Positions 1 to 8,500 of a DNA stretch of 64,000 nucleotides are shown here, piece after piece. The translations under genes were made by a program, and so were the position numbers. The number at the start of each line of letters is the position of its first letter. The stretch's first letter is position 1. Origin of the DNA: an uncultured bacterium (GTDB lineage: Bacteria > Krumholzibacteriota > Krumholzibacteriia > Krumholzibacteriales > Krumholzibacteriaceae); the NCBI GenBank assembly GCA_963813815.1, contig CAWFAD010000012.1:147590-211589 (forward strand), in the 5' to 3' direction. The notes under the pieces were generated by a model. The model saw nothing but the letters and a program-made list of their open reading frames with translations, had not been told where the DNA came from and made no database searches.

Positions 1-339
1 GAACGCGGCGATTGCTTCCTCGCGCGTTCCGTAGGGCCGAAGCAGCGTGCTGAACTCGAGGAGCTCGAAAACCTCTCTCACGTCCGGATGCATGGCCGTG
101 AGCTTGATGTCTCCCCCCCGCTGGCGTATCCCCTTGATCTCGCCCACGAAAATCCCCCAGCCCGCGGAGCTGATGTAATTCACCTCGCTGAGATCGGCGA
201 CAATGCGAACGGTGTTCGACGCGACGAGCTCGTTGAACGTATCCTCGAGAAACTGCGCCGTGCCCGAATCGATGATGCCACCGAGCTTCAGGACGACGAC
301 GTTCTCCACGTACTCTTCGCTAATAACGAGCTTGTCCAT
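1..339 (-). CDS. STAS-domain anti-sigma-factor antagonist (SpoIIAA/RsbV-like); 3' end runs off the window
   Basis: My own translation of the minus strand from ATG at 339: MDKLVISEEYVENVVVLKLGGIIDSGTAQFLEDTFNELVASNTVRIVADLSEVNYISSAGWGIFVGEIKGIRQRGGDIKLTAMHPDVREVFELLEFSTLL... This shows the typical STAS layout and a DLSxVxYISSxG phospho-acceptor motif. It is absent from the ORF track because no stop lies inside the window. Confidence 0.8.
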   Translation of the reverse strand, partial: MDKLVISEEYVENVVVLKLGGIIDSGTAQFLEDTFNELVASNTVRIVADLSEVNYISSAGWGIFVGEIKGIRQRGGDIKLTAMHPDVREVFELLEFSTLLRPYGTREEAIAAF

Positions 340-384
340 TATCTGGCCAGTCCTCTCCTCTGCCCCACCCTGAATTAGCAAACT

Positions 385-1503
385 TCAGTCCAATAATGCC
401 TTTAAAAGGATAAATATTCCCTGCTTGTCGTTCTCGGACAACCGCAGGTTTTTCTGCGCCTTCTGGTAATTCCCGTTGATTTCGAGCGCCTTTTGAAAGG
501 CCTTGTTGGCCCTGTCCATGAATATCTTGCATTTTGCGGTATAGAGGATGCCGAGGCTGTTGTGCCCGTCGGCGAAGGTCGGGTTCTGGTCGACGATCTG
601 GCGCACGCTCTCGAGATGCCCCTCGATATCCTCCTCGCGTAGATTTTCGCCGTCGTACAGAAGCATCAGGTAGAGGTCGAGCACGATGTCCTCGATCCCG
701 CCCCGCTCGGAGCGGCCACCGGCGCTCTCGAGGGCCTCGTACGCGAGCTCGTACTCCTTGCCCCGAAACAGGCTTCTCGCCTCCTCGACGCGGTTGGAGG
801 CGAGGTACGGATCGAGCTGCACGGCCCGGTCGAGATTGCCGAGAAACGCCGTATCGAGATCGCGCGCGAGCTCGTAATCCTCCTTGATGATCGTGTTGAG
901 GAGAAAGGCACGTGCGAGGTTGAGGTAGGGCTCGCCGTAGTAGAGATTGAGCCCGATGGCCCGGTTGAAGCAATCAATCGCGGCGCGGCATCGGCGCTGT
1001 TTGAGGTGTATCACGCCGAGCAGGTTGTGCAGATCGGGGTACTCGGGATTGATCGCGAGGCCGTTTTCCACGGCCTTTATGGCCGCGTCGAATTTTCCGG
1101 CCTCGAAGCTGCACGAACCGATGATCAAATGAGGAAGGGAATCCTTGTTTCCCTTTTCGATCGCATGCCGCGCCTCCTGGATCGCCTCGTCCAAGAGATG
1201 GCGCCTCGCGAGCGCCTGCGCCACGCGCAGATGCGGCTTCGGATCGTCGCTCTGGCGCACGCGGTCGGTCACGCCGAGCAGAATGAGGAAGCGCCGCTTG
1301 TTCTCGAGATGCGCCTCCTTCGTGGCCCGGCGCAGGGCTTCCGCGGGCGCCTTGCCGTCGATGGCGACGTCCGTCGTATCGAAGGGAACGCCGTTCCTGA
1401 AGAACGAGCTCTGAATGATCCCCTTTTGAGGAAGCATGCTCGTCTGCAGAAAATACTTCCGCCCGGCGTGATCGATTTCCTCTCTCAGCTCGAACCCCGT
1501 CAC
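385..1503 (-). CDS. TPR-repeat protein
   Basis: 372-aa ORF with repeated 34-aa TPR-like helical units (AIKAVENGLAINPEYPDLHNLLGVIHL, AIDCFNRAIGLN, AFQKALEINGNYQKAQKNL). GTG start at 1503 is preceded by GGAAGGAG 5 nt upstream. Confidence 0.8.
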   Translation of the reverse strand: MTGFELREEIDHAGRKYFLQTSMLPQKGIIQSSFFRNGVPFDTTDVAIDGKAPAEALRRATKEAHLENKRRFLILLGVTDRVRQSDDPKPHLRVAQALARRHLLDEAIQEARHAIEKGNKDSLPHLIIGSCSFEAGKFDAAIKAVENGLAINPEYPDLHNLLGVIHLKQRRCRAAIDCFNRAIGLNLYYGEPYLNLARAFLLNTIIKEDYELARDLDTAFLGNLDRAVQLDPYLASNRVEEARSLFRGKEYELAYEALESAGGRSERGGIEDIVLDLYLMLLYDGENLREEDIEGHLESVRQIVDQNPTFADGHNSLGILYTAKCKIFMDRANKAFQKALEINGNYQKAQKNLRLSENDKQGIFILLKALLD

Positions 1504-1561
1504 CGGATCTCCTTCCGTGCCGCCCGGATCATGCTAGCACGGTCCGTGCGCCCGCGCCAGC

Positions 1562-2338
1562 TTACCCTTCCCTCTCCCCGCCGGCGCAGCGTGCGCCGGC
1601 GCGATCGAGGCCGAGGATCTCCTCGGTGAGATGGTAATAATCGAACGCTCCGCGCGAAAGCGGCGCGTGTTCGAATATCGTCTTCTGCCGCCCCGGGGCC
1701 TCCCGGATCGCCTGATTCGCCCTGATGACCGTTTTGAGGAGCCGGCCTCCGAAGCGCTCGCGAAGGCTCTCGAGCATGCTGTGCGCGAGCCGGGTGCGCG
1801 AATCGTAGAACGTCGGCAGCAGCCGAATCGCAATCGGTCCGCGGCCGTTCCACGCCTGGATTTCCTCGACGATCTCGGCCGTCTGCACCGCGCCCGCCTC
1901 CGCCAGATAATCCATCGAGACGGGGATGATCACCTCGTCGCAATAGGCCAGCGCGTTGATGTTGATGAGGTTCAACGACGGCGAGCAATCGCAGATCACG
2001 TAATCGCACCCCTTGAGCTGTTTCAGCGACTCGGAGAGGCGCTGCTCGCGGTTGACGCGCGAGCCGAGCGTGAGCTCGACCTCCGCGAGGCGCCGGCCGC
2101 CCGAATCGATGAAGAAGAGATTGTCGCGCACCTGGAGAATCTCGACTTCTCCCGAGGTCAGAAGGTCCGCCAGCCCGCGCTCCCCGCGGACGCCGAGGCT
2201 GAGGGCCACGCTCCGCTGCGGATCGCAATCGATGAGGAGCACCCGCTTCCCCGTGAGCGAGAGACCGTGCGACAGGCACAGCGCGGTCGTCGTCTTGCCG
2301 GTTCCGCCCTTCATGGTCATCACAGCGTACTTTTTCAT
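1562..2338 (-). CDS. ParA/MinD-family P-loop ATPase (orphan, no parB nearby)
   Basis: MKKYAVMTMKGGTGKTTTALCL carries the deviant Walker A KGGxGKT; LLIDCDPQ and CSPSLN motifs are present. I prefer ATG at 2338 over the TTG at 2350 listed in the track. Confidence 0.85.
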   Translation of the reverse strand: MKKYAVMTMKGGTGKTTTALCLSHGLSLTGKRVLLIDCDPQRSVALSLGVRGERGLADLLTSGEVEILQVRDNLFFIDSGGRRLAEVELTLGSRVNREQRLSESLKQLKGCDYVICDCSPSLNLININALAYCDEVIIPVSMDYLAEAGAVQTAEIVEEIQAWNGRGPIAIRLLPTFYDSRTRLAHSMLESLRERFGGRLLKTVIRANQAIREAPGRQKTIFEHAPLSRGAFDYYHLTEEILGLDRAGARCAGGEREG

Positions 2339-2360
2339 GCCGCAGCCCAAACGCGCCCTT

Positions 2361-5300
2361 CTACTTCTTGCCCCGCGGCTTGCGATCCGAGTTGCGCAGC
2401 CGTTTGCCGTATTCGTCCCAGCCTATCCGCGTGATGCGCTTGTCTTTGTCTTCGCGGACGTCCGTTCGCTTCTTGAAATCGATGAAAATCACTTTCTCCG
2501 GATCCGCGACCCGCTCGAGCGGTTCGAGCGGAGCGATCTTCGAGGCGCCCAGAAGCGCGTCCGCGAGATCCTGCTTCCGGTCCTCGGGCTCGGGGGCGGG
2601 CGCTCCCGCGGGCGCTCCGGGACCGGGCGCCGCCTCGGGCGGCGCGAAATCCGCGGCGCCTTTCGCCGGCGCCAGCTCCGCGAGCGCCATTTCGAGCGTT
2701 CCGTAATGCGGAATGAGCGGCTCGAAACCGAGATCGCGGAATATATTGAGAATGCTCGAGCTCATGCCGGCGATGGCGATGCGCCCGCCGGTTTCGCCGA
2801 GCTTCTGAAGATACCTGATGATGATGCCCCATCCCCCGCTCGATATGTACACCATGCGTTCGACGTCCAGAATGAGATTGAGCGGCCGCTCATCCGCGCG
2901 CCGCGAGAGCTCCGCCTCGAACGCTTCGGCCGTCGAGGAATCGACGGCGCCGTCGATCGTCACCACGACGGTCCCTCCGACCGCGCGGGCGTCGCCTGCG
3001 GAAGCGATCGCGAGCGGCGTCCCGGCGCCCTCGGTCCGCTCCGCGCGGGGAGCCGCGGCGGCCTCGTCCGGAGGCTCCTCGTCGAGGATCTCCCCATCCG
3101 CGAGCGTCGGCGCCTCGTTCTTGAAATCCTCTATCGCCTCGGCCAGAACGCCGAAGGAGCGCATGATCGAGTCGAACCCGAGCAAGCTATAGATGCCGTC
3201 GACTTCCTGATCCATGCCGAAGATCTTGAGATCGCCGCCCCGCAGTCTGATGTCCTTGATGCGCGAGGCGAACACTCCCCAGCCGCTCGAGCTCACGTAC
3301 TCGACGCGCGACATATCGATGACGATCTTCACCGCGCCGCGGTCGACGAGCCCGTCCAGAACGGAGCGGAGGTTCACGCAGCTCACCGTGTCCACGACCC
3401 CGTCGAGGTACAACACGGTGATTTCCCCCTGATCTCCGACCGTCCCCGCCTCGATCTTGAGGGCGGCCCACGACGAATCCGTCTCCGGGACCTCTCCGGG
3501 CCCCGACGCGCCGGAAGCCGCCGTGGACTGGCGCGTTTCGAGCGTTCTGAGCGGGGCCGGGCGGGCCGATTCCCTCTCGAGTCGGCTCCGCCGCTCCGCG
3601 AGCGGGAGCGAGATATAAGCCGCCGCTTCATCGACCGTCGCGAACTGGAGGATGATCTCCTGGAAGCCGAGGAGCTCGTAGATGTCGTACACCTCCGGCG
3701 ACATGCTGGCGAGCACCACGTCCCCCTCTCCCTCGCGAAGCGATTTGACCCGCCCCGTGAAGATTCCCCAACCGCCGCTCGATATGTACATCACCCCGGC
3801 GAGATCGACGATGATCTTGCGGTATCCGTACTCGTGCACGCTTTCGAGAATTCCCTCGAGCTCTCCCGCCGACGAGGAATCGAGGTGGCCGGCCACGTGC
3901 AGCACCACCACGTCCCCCGCGAGCTCCTCCGATGTGACCTCGATCGCCCGTCCTTGGCCGGTCCCGAACGACTCGCGGGCGCCCCGCCGGCGCAGCGGCG
4001 GCGCGCTCTCGCGACGGAGGGACGGCGCCGCAGCGGCCGGACGAGCTTCGGGAACGCTCGCCGGCGCCGCTTCCTCCGGGGCGGCTTCCGCGGGGGCCTG
4101 CGGCGCCCCGGCTGCCTCGGCGGCCGCCTCGGCCGGACGGCCGTGCGCGGCGACGAGCTTCTTGAACTCCTCGTCGGAAATGAACCGGTTGCGGCGCAGA
4201 TACTCGAGCCGCATTTCGTAGGTGTTGAGCCGGATGCGCTTGAGCTCGTCGTAAACGATGGCGGGCGAGAGCAGGTCGCCCTCCGCCTTTCCCTCGTTGA
4301 ACGCCGCGGTGATCTTCTTCGCGCCGTAGCGGGGATGGTCGCGAATGATCCCGAGAAGCCCCTTCCGCTGCTCGATGCTCACGCGCCGGATATCGACCTC
4401 GCGTCGCAGCGTCTTGTCCTGCAGCCCCCGCTCCCCGAGCTCCTCGAGGCGCTTCTTGTATCGATAGTAGGTCGACGGCGACACCCGCATCATCCGGCAG
4501 GCCTCGGCGACCGCCACCCCCTGCACCTCGACGAGATCGAGGAGCTTCCGCCGGATGCCGTAGAGCACCTCGTCCGCCTGGAGCTTCTCCTTGATTGCGA
4601 CCACGGTGATGTCGTCGTTCTGCGGCTGATCGCCGGTAAAGCTCTTGATGTCGTCGTTGAGGCGATCGATGAACTCCTGCGGGGCGAGACGTCCGCACTG
4701 CTTGATGAGCCTGATGAGACGCTCCTCGCCGTATTGGTTGCGAGCGCCGTTCATCGCCTCCGTCACGCCGTCCGTATAGATGACGAGCATGTCGTCCTTC
4801 TTGAGCTTGATCTTCTCGACGTCGATCGAGCGGCGGAAGAGCGTGTCGTCGGGCAGCTTGATGCCGACCGGAAATCCTCGCGGGTTGAGAAAATACGTCT
4901 CGTCCGTCTCGGCGCGGTAGAGGATCATCGGATTGTGGCCGGCCGAGGCGTAGCTGATGATGCGGTTTTTCGAATCGAGGATCGAGTAGAAGATCGTAAC
5001 GAACATGCCTTTTTTCATGTCTTCCGTCACGAAATCGTTCATGCGCGCCATGACCTCGGCGGCCGAGTGGTTGCCCCGCGCCTCCATGCGCAGAGCCGTC
5101 CGGATCATCGTCATAACGAGCGAGCCGGGCACTCCCTTGCCGGAAACGTCCGCGACGACCACCCCGAGCGTGTCGTCGTCGACCCGCACGAAGTCGTAGT
5201 AATCGCCGCCGACCTCCTTGGCGGCCCGGTAGAGGCTCGCGATGTCGTAGCCGCCGATCGTGGGGACGCGCTTCGGGAGCAGCGTCTGCTGGATTTCCTG

Positions 5301-6593
5301 CGCGACCTGCATCTCCTTGTGGAGCCGCTCCTGCTCGACGACGTTCTTCTGGGCCTCGCGGAACTTCGACGTTATCTCGTTGAAGGCCCGGGCGATCTCG
5401 CCGATTTCCTGCGGCCCCGTGATTTGGATCTCGTCGCTGAGCGAGCCCTCGCCGATGGCGCGCACGCCGTCGGTGAGCGCCTGGATCGGGCGGACGAAAA
5501 TGGCCACGAGCAGGTAGCTGAGCGCCACCCCGGCGGCGAATACGCCGACGAGTATGAGCGTCATCATGGGCCGCGGGTCGATGATATCGCCCGTCGCGAT
5601 CGCCTCGGAGATGCCCACGACGACGCGTCCGATCTCGGAGGTCTGCCCCCGCTCGGAATCGGTCAGGTAAACGGCCTGATGAAACTCGCGAATGAGACCG
5701 AGGCTGTCGTGGGCCACCGTCCGGTACGCGGCGCCGCGATCGAGCGAGCGCACCTCGGCGGGAATCGCGTACGTCGTGAGAAACTCGTCCTGCTGGTTCG
5801 AAGCGAAGATGCGCCCGTCGGCGTGCACGACGCGGATATACTTCACCTCGGGATACCGCTTTATCTGCCGCGGAATCGCATCCGTGCTGAGCTCGAGCCC
5901 GCTCACGTCGTAGGGATCCTTCGTGAGCGCGCCGACGCTCAGGCTCGCGATGGTTTCGGCGACCCGCTTGCGCTGCAGCCAGGTGTCGGCGAATCGGTCG
6001 CGCAGCTCGTTCGTCTGACGGTAGAGGAGAATCGCCCAGAGGAACACGACGAGGCCGAAGAGGCCGAGCGTCGTGCGCAACGCGAACTTGAATCGGAGCG
6101 TCGAGGTCCACTTCGGCCGCCTGATCGAGCCGAAGAGCTGCGGCCGCGCGGCGGCCGCGGCCGAGTTTTTTACCATGTAGAGGCGATTCCCCGTCGGCGA
6201 AGCCGAATAGCTCAAATTGTCCATGAGGCGGTTCATCAGGTAGATGCCGAGACCGCCCTTCTTGCCGATTTCGACATAATGGTCGAGGTCGGGCTCCTTG
6301 ACCTTGGACCAGTCGAAGGGCTCGCCGCGGTCGAAGATGCTGATCTCGACCGTGCCCGGACCCGCCTGAACGTCGATCCGGATGTCTCCGGCTTTCTCTT
6401 TGTACGCGTGTTTGATGATGTTCGTGCATGCTTCATCGACGGCGAGCTTCGTGTTGTTCGTTTCGCCCTTCGAGAATCCCGCGCGATCGCAGATGCCGGC
6501 GATGAAATCCCGGACCTCGCTCAGGTTGTTCTCGTCCGCGGGAACCTCGAGATGGAACGTCTCGCGCTCCCGCATGCGCTCGCCGCGTTTCAC
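2361..6593 (-). CDS. Multidomain membrane signalling protein: RsbW/SpoIIAB-type Ser kinase, TM, extracytoplasmic domain, TM, HAMP, PP2C/SpoIIE phosphatase, transposase-type HTH, then three STAS domains
   Basis: Uninterrupted 1,410-aa ORF. Kinase N-box EACTNIIKHAY and G-box GKKGGLGIYLMN lie at ~6166-6560. Hydrophobic segments are at ~6020-6085 and ~5495-5572. HAMP is at ~5345-5495. PP2C motifs GGDYYDF, ADVSGKGVPGS, SAGHNP, YTDGVTEA and NDDITVV lie at ~4590-5310. HTH (VAEACRMMRVSPSTYYRYKKRLEE, DHPRYGAKKI) is at ~4200-4560. STAS units are at ~3625-3950, ~3130-3470 and ~2675-2985. GTG start overlaps the upstream stop (GTGA). Confidence 0.9.
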   Translation of the reverse strand: MKRGERMRERETFHLEVPADENNLSEVRDFIAGICDRAGFSKGETNNTKLAVDEACTNIIKHAYKEKAGDIRIDVQAGPGTVEISIFDRGEPFDWSKVKEPDLDHYVEIGKKGGLGIYLMNRLMDNLSYSASPTGNRLYMVKNSAAAAARPQLFGSIRRPKWTSTLRFKFALRTTLGLFGLVVFLWAILLYRQTNELRDRFADTWLQRKRVAETIASLSVGALTKDPYDVSGLELSTDAIPRQIKRYPEVKYIRVVHADGRIFASNQQDEFLTTYAIPAEVRSLDRGAAYRTVAHDSLGLIREFHQAVYLTDSERGQTSEIGRVVVGISEAIATGDIIDPRPMMTLILVGVFAAGVALSYLLVAIFVRPIQALTDGVRAIGEGSLSDEIQITGPQEIGEIARAFNEITSKFREAQKNVVEQERLHKEMQVAQEIQQTLLPKRVPTIGGYDIASLYRAAKEVGGDYYDFVRVDDDTLGVVVADVSGKGVPGSLVMTMIRTALRMEARGNHSAAEVMARMNDFVTEDMKKGMFVTIFYSILDSKNRIISYASAGHNPMILYRAETDETYFLNPRGFPVGIKLPDDTLFRRSIDVEKIKLKKDDMLVIYTDGVTEAMNGARNQYGEERLIRLIKQCGRLAPQEFIDRLNDDIKSFTGDQPQNDDITVVAIKEKLQADEVLYGIRRKLLDLVEVQGVAVAEACRMMRVSPSTYYRYKKRLEELGERGLQDKTLRREVDIRRVSIEQRKGLLGIIRDHPRYGAKKITAAFNEGKAEGDLLSPAIVYDELKRIRLNTYEMRLEYLRRNRFISDEEFKKLVAAHGRPAEAAAEAAGAPQAPAEAAPEEAAPASVPEARPAAAAPSLRRESAPPLRRRGARESFGTGQGRAIEVTSEELAGDVVVLHVAGHLDSSSAGELEGILESVHEYGYRKIIVDLAGVMYISSGGWGIFTGRVKSLREGEGDVVLASMSPEVYDIYELLGFQEIILQFATVDEAAAYISLPLAERRSRLERESARPAPLRTLETRQSTAASGASGPGEVPETDSSWAALKIEAGTVGDQGEITVLYLDGVVDTVSCVNLRSVLDGLVDRGAVKIVIDMSRVEYVSSSGWGVFASRIKDIRLRGGDLKIFGMDQEVDGIYSLLGFDSIMRSFGVLAEAIEDFKNEAPTLADGEILDEEPPDEAAAAPRAERTEGAGTPLAIASAGDARAVGGTVVVTIDGAVDSSTAEAFEAELSRRADERPLNLILDVERMVYISSGGWGIIIRYLQKLGETGGRIAIAGMSSSILNIFRDLGFEPLIPHYGTLEMALAELAPAKGAADFAPPEAAPGPGAPAGAPAPEPEDRKQDLADALLGASKIAPLEPLERVADPEKVIFIDFKKRTDVREDKDKRITRIGWDEYGKRLRNSDRKPRGKK

Positions 6594-8500
6594 CGCGCAC
6601 CCCCCGCTCCGCCGCTGTTCTGAAGGCGCTTGCGGGCCTCCCCGATGTTCCTCAGCACGCTCTCGTTATCGGGATCGATTTCGAGAATCCGCTGCCACCG
6701 CTCGACGGCCTTCAGGTAATTCCCGTCCGTGAAATGCTTCATTCCCTCGAGATAGAGAGCGCGCACCTCCGCCTTTTCGCCGTCGCTGAGCGGGGTCATG
6801 CGCCGCTCGGCGCGCAGCAGCAGGGTTCGCGCCTCCGCGTGCTTCGGATCGATGGAGAGCAGCTCCCTGATCTGTTTCACGGCGTCCGGATACCGCCCCT
6901 CCCCGAACGACCTCACGGCGCCGTCGTAGAGCTCCGCGACCCGGAGCCGCTTGGCCGTCGTGAGATAATCCCGGCTCATCTCGTCGACTCGCTCGTTCAG
7001 CCGCTCCACGGCTGCGAGCGCCTCGGCGGATTCGGGCACGATCGTCCGGACCATATTCCACTCGCCGAGTGCGGCTGCGAGCTGTCCCTGCCGCTCGAGA
7101 TCGAGGGCCCGCTCGCGGTGCTGCGCCGCGAGGCCATCGAGCTTCTCCTCGGTCGCTCCGAGATACTCCGCCGCCTGCCCGTTCTCCGGATCGATCTCGA
7201 GGACACTCCGCCATTCCGCGCGGGCGCGGATATAATCTCCCGTGCCGTAGTATTCGAGTCCGAGACGGAAGTGACGGTTCGTGAGGGCCGCTTTTTCGGC
7301 GTCCTTCGTCCGCTGCTCTTCCGCTGCGAGAACGTCGCGCTCGACCACGCTGATGGTGTCGGCGACGGCCCGGCTCGTCGGATCGTACTCGAGGGCGATT
7401 CTGAGCTCGTCGAGCGCCTTCGCCGGCTGCCCATCGCGCCGGAACTGCTCGGCGGAGGCAATGTGGCCGGCGATCCTCCTCGTGAGCATCTGCTGGATGC
7501 GACGTTCTTCGTCGGCGAGGCGCCGCTCCTCGCGCAGCCGTATACGGTCGTCGATCGAGGATCCGATCCGGGCGGAGAGCGAGAGCGGATGCGCGCTTCC
7601 GGCCTCCTCGCGGCTCAGATAGCCGTAATCGAATCCGAAGCCGTGCCAGCCGACGCCGACCCCCGCCGTGATGCTTTGCCCGTCGTATCCGGCGCGGATC
7701 GCGAGAAAGTCCCGGAACCGGTACTCGGCCCCGGCCCGCACCTTCGTGTCGCCGCGCGCGGGAAGATCCATCTGCGCCGCCAGCACGAGCGCGGAGCTCT
7801 TTCCCAGCGCGCGGGCGTAGCCGGCGCCGATCATCACGGTGCGGTCCACGGGCTCGCTCACCGAGACGAGCTTGATCTCCGCGCCGACGATATCCTGAAG
7901 GTTGCACCCGACGCGGAGGCCCTCCAACCAGCGCGGCTGGTACACGAATCCGACGTCGAGCCCCGTGCCGGTATCCGAGAAATCTCCGACGCGCTGGCTC
8001 AGCATCTTCGCCGACGAGCCGACGGTGACCGCGCCGGCGTAACGCCACGGCAGCGTGTACGCGTAGGCGACGATCATCTGACTCTCGCGGTAGCTGAGCT
8101 CGCCCGTTTCACGGCTCCACTCGTCGAACCCGCGGATGCCCCCCGTCCCCGCCGTCATGAAGCCCGCGCCGAGGGCGCCGGCGGAGATCGTCGGATACAC
8201 GAAACCGAGAAAGTCGTATCCCGTGTCGCTCCATCCGGAAAAGAGCTGCGCGTGGCTCGCGAGCACCGCGGTGTACCGGTTGAGCGCGAGGGCGGCCGGG
8301 TTGTAGAACAACGCCGACGCGTCGTCGCCCACGGCGGAGAAGGCTCCCCCCATGGCGATCGCCCGCGCCCCCGCCCCGACGGCAAAGATCGAGCTCGTGC
8401 CGCCCGTTCCCTCCTGCGCCGCGACGCTCGACACGAGCATCGCCGAGAGCAGGACGGCGGTCAACGCCGCATACCGATGGTTCGTTCGCATACCCATCAC
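6590..8500 (-). CDS. Outer-membrane beta-barrel (PorV/FadL-like N-terminal half) fused to a C-terminal TPR domain
   Basis: Signal peptide AALTAVLLSAMLVSSVAAQE. Motif GARAIAMGGAFSAVGDDASALFYNPAAL is typical of PorV/PorQ/FadL-type barrels and is followed by alternating beta-strand patterns. The C-terminal ~300 aa are TPR-like (AKALDELRIALEYDP, ARAEWRSVLEIDPENGQA, AVERWQRILEIDPDN). Start (GTG 8500 or ATG 8497) overlaps the stop of the giant gene. Confidence 0.7.
   Translation of the reverse strand: MMGMRTNHRYAALTAVLLSAMLVSSVAAQEGTGGTSSIFAVGAGARAIAMGGAFSAVGDDASALFYNPAALALNRYTAVLASHAQLFSGWSDTGYDFLGFVYPTISAGALGAGFMTAGTGGIRGFDEWSRETGELSYRESQMIVAYAYTLPWRYAGAVTVGSSAKMLSQRVGDFSDTGTGLDVGFVYQPRWLEGLRVGCNLQDIVGAEIKLVSVSEPVDRTVMIGAGYARALGKSSALVLAAQMDLPARGDTKVRAGAEYRFRDFLAIRAGYDGQSITAGVGVGWHGFGFDYGYLSREEAGSAHPLSLSARIGSSIDDRIRLREERRLADEERRIQQMLTRRIAGHIASAEQFRRDGQPAKALDELRIALEYDPTSRAVADTISVVERDVLAAEEQRTKDAEKAALTNRHFRLGLEYYGTGDYIRARAEWRSVLEIDPENGQAAEYLGATEEKLDGLAAQHRERALDLERQGQLAAALGEWNMVRTIVPESAEALAAVERLNERVDEMSRDYLTTAKRLRVAELYDGAVRSFGEGRYPDAVKQIRELLSIDPKHAEARTLLLRAERRMTPLSDGEKAEVRALYLEGMKHFTDGNYLKAVERWQRILEIDPDNESVLRNIGEARKRLQNSGGAGGAR

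Noticed and set aside
4200-4560. Possible insertion sequence, suggested by the transposase-like HTH
   Set aside because: No DDE/integrase core and no inverted repeats or target duplications are visible. The segment is in frame inside the signalling ORF. I treat it as a domesticated domain, not a mobile element.
2013-6623. 1,536-aa plus-strand ORF, and similar long plus-strand ORFs (6734-8701, 8530-10731, 11590-13929, 14488-17232, 17347-22737, 19553-22165, 38757-40946, 49079-50809, 50821-53109, 52931-55270, 59711-61999)
   Set aside because: They lie antisense to ORFs that have clear domain content. Their translations are Arg/Pro/Ala/Gly-rich low-complexity strings with no motifs, the expected stop-poor shadow frames of GC-rich DNA.
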